A stretch of 17,384 nt of DNA from a virus. Taxonomy: Duplodnaviria; Heunggongvirae; Uroviricota; Caudoviricetes. Under the pieces are notes generated by a model. It was not told the DNA's origin. It did no database searches and saw only the letters and a list, made by a program, of their open reading frames with translations. The stretch lies in the IMG/VR virus record IMGVR_UViG_2675903433_000036, positions 1 through 17,384 of that record; one strand, 5' to 3'. Positions 15,652 through 17,384 of the stretch are shown here, in pieces; position 1 is the stretch's first letter; each line of letters opens with the position of its first letter. The position numbers were made by a program, and so were the translations under genes.

Positions 15652-15853
15652 AATTACTGTCACTATTGAAAAGGAAGGTGGCACTCCTACTAACTGGACA
15701 AGATATTCAAAATCTAAATTAACGAAATCAGAATGCGAAAAAATGCTCTCTGGGAAAAAAGAAGCAGGCGTTTCCAGAGAGCAGAAAGTAAAACTGATAA
15801 ATTTTAATTGCGAGAAACTTCAGTCCTCGAGAATTGCATTGTATTCAAATTAA
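15644..15853 (+). CDS. ydaC: small hypothetical protein (YdaC-like, 69 aa)
   Basis: ATG 15644 preceded by GGAGGTG; [35 protein letters not shown]... AT-rich. The ORF-track 92-aa version begins upstream in the overlap with the Lar-like gene. Confidence 0.45.
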   Translation: MYKITVTIEKEGGTPTNWTRYSKSKLTKSECEKMLSGKKEAGVSREQKVKLINFNCEKLQSSRIALYSN

Positions 15854-15931
15854 AACTTCATAGCTGATTATTAATAATCAACATCGGGCGTCAATTTCAG
15901 TCTAACATTGGCGCCTGCCAGAGGTGATGCG

Positions 15932-16147
15932 ATGGCAAAAGTAATCTTTAATGAAGAGTGGATGGTTGAATACGGCCTGATGCTTCGCACTGGTCTGGGG
16001 GCCAGACAAATTGAAGCATACCGCCAGAACTGTTGGGTGGAGGGCTTCCACTTCAAACGAGTATCTCCTTTAGGTAAGCCAGACAGCAAACGAGGGATTA
16101 TCTGGTACAACTATCCAAAGATAAATCAGTTTATCAAAGACTCATGA
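15932..16147 (+). CDS. xis: excisionase (Xis-like)
   Basis: 71 aa directly upstream of the integrase, with the stop 1 nt before the int ATG; SD GAGGTGA 4-5 nt before ATG 15932. Confidence 0.7.
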   Translation: MAKVIFNEEWMVEYGLMLRTGLGARQIEAYRQNCWVEGFHFKRVSPLGKPDSKRGIIWYNYPKINQFIKDS

Positions 16148-16148
16148 T

Positions 16149-17384
16149 ATGTCTAAATTACCAACAGGTGTCGAGATTAGAGGTAGATACATTCGCATCT
16201 GGTTCATGTTTCGAGGAAAACGATGTCGGGAAACATTAAAAGGCTGGGAGATTACAAACAGTAATATTAAAAAGGCCGGAAATTTAAGAGCGCTGATAGT
16301 TCATGAAATAAACTCCGGTGAATTTGAGTATTTAAGACGTTTTCCCCAGTCCAGCACTGGGGCAAAAATGGTGACAACGAGAGTCATAAAAACGTTCGGA
16401 GAGCTTTGTGATATCTGGACAAAAATTAAAGAGACAGAGTTAACAACAAACACAATGAAGAAAACAAAATCACAATTAAAAACACTCAGAATAATAATTT
16501 GTGAAAGTACCCCGATATCACATATTCGTTATAGCGATATCTTAAACTACCGGAATGAACTGCTGCATGGAGAAACGCTTTACCTGGATAATCCAAGATC
16601 CAACAAAAAAGGAAGAACCGTGCGCACAGTTGATAACTATATCGCCCTGCTCTGTTCGCTGTTGCGTTTTGCGTATCAGTCGGGATTTATATCAACCAAA
16701 CCATTTGAAGGAGTAAAAAAATTACAGCGAAACAGAATAAAGCCTGATCCGTTATCTAAAACAGAATTCAATGCATTAATGGAAAGTGAAAAAGGACAGA
16801 GCCAGAACTTGTGGAAATTTGCCGTTTACTCAGGACTTCGTCACGGGGAACTGGCAGCTCTGGCGTGGGAGGATGTGGATCTCGAAAAGGGAATAGTGAA
16901 TGTCAGAAGAAACCTGACGATACTTGATATGTTCGGTCCCCCAAAAACAAATGCCGGGATCCGGACAGTAACACTACTGCAGCCTGCTCTTGAAGCACTG
17001 AAGGAGCAATACAAACTGACCGGGCATCATCGCAAAAGCGAAATCACCTTTTACCATCGGGAGTACGGCAGAACCGAAAAGCAAAAACTGCATTTTGTTT
17101 TCATGCCCAGGGTGTGTAACGGAAAACAAAAACCTTATTACTCGGTAAGCAGTTTGGGGGCAAGGTGGAATGCAGCAGTAAAACGTGCTGGTATTCGCCG
17201 TCGTAATCCGTACCATACGCGGCATACTTTTGCCTGCTGGCTGTTGACGGCAGGAGCGAACCCGGCATTTATAGCCAGCCAAATGGGGCATGAAACTGCG
17301 CAGATGGTGTATGAAATTTACGGTATGTGGATTGATGACATGAACGACGAACAGATAGCCATGTTGAATGCGCGGTTATCGTAG
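16149..17384 (+). CDS. int: tyrosine site-specific integrase (phage integrase family)
   Basis: 411 aa; C-terminal catalytic region with R...HxxR...Y spacing (NPYHTRHTFACWLL...GHETAQMVYEIYGMW). AT-rich, terminal position; the stop codon is the last triplet of the window. Confidence 0.9.
   Translation: MSKLPTGVEIRGRYIRIWFMFRGKRCRETLKGWEITNSNIKKAGNLRALIVHEINSGEFEYLRRFPQSSTGAKMVTTRVIKTFGELCDIWTKIKETELTTNTMKKTKSQLKTLRIIICESTPISHIRYSDILNYRNELLHGETLYLDNPRSNKKGRTVRTVDNYIALLCSLLRFAYQSGFISTKPFEGVKKLQRNRIKPDPLSKTEFNALMESEKGQSQNLWKFAVYSGLRHGELAALAWEDVDLEKGIVNVRRNLTILDMFGPPKTNAGIRTVTLLQPALEALKEQYKLTGHHRKSEITFYHREYGRTEKQKLHFVFMPRVCNGKQKPYYSVSSLGARWNAAVKRAGIRRRNPYHTRHTFACWLLTAGANPAFIASQMGHETAQMVYEIYGMWIDDMNDEQIAMLNARLS

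Noticed and set aside
1-17384. CRISPR arrays, rRNA genes, IS elements or transposases
   Set aside because: No regularly spaced direct repeats with spacers, no rRNA-like sequence, and no transposase-like ORF or terminal inverted repeats were seen. The only recombinase is the prophage integrase.

Overview
This window reads as one contiguous stretch of a lambdoid prophage from an enterobacterial (E. coli-like) genome, running from the late-region boundary to the integrase. The minus strand (8898 down to 1) carries a pR-like early-right operon: Cro-like YdaS-type HTH protein, YdaT-like protein, O-like replication initiator with an internal iteron-rich candidate origin, DnaC-like helicase loader, three unknown genes, an AT-rich two-gene cassette, a hok-family toxin, a translationally coupled nin-type trio ending in a Q-like gene, a terminator and a degenerate tRNA-like element. 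The plus strand (9006 to 17384) carries the repressor and the early-left operon: RacR-like repressor, a strong pL-like promoter with repeated operator-like motifs, a Rha-family regulator, KilR-like and YdaE-like small proteins, a 676-aa acidic protein, lambda Red (gam, bet, exo), a Lar-like protein, excisionase and a tyrosine integrase whose stop codon is the last triplet of the window. The strongest candidate for an undescribed system is the AT-rich cassette at 3226..4984: an unknown 216-aa protein overlapping an HTH_XRE plus ImmA/IrrE-type (HExxH) metallopeptidase fusion, placed where relBE sits upstream of hokD in Qin-type prophages. All homology statements are from reading the sequence and recalled family knowledge; no database search was run.
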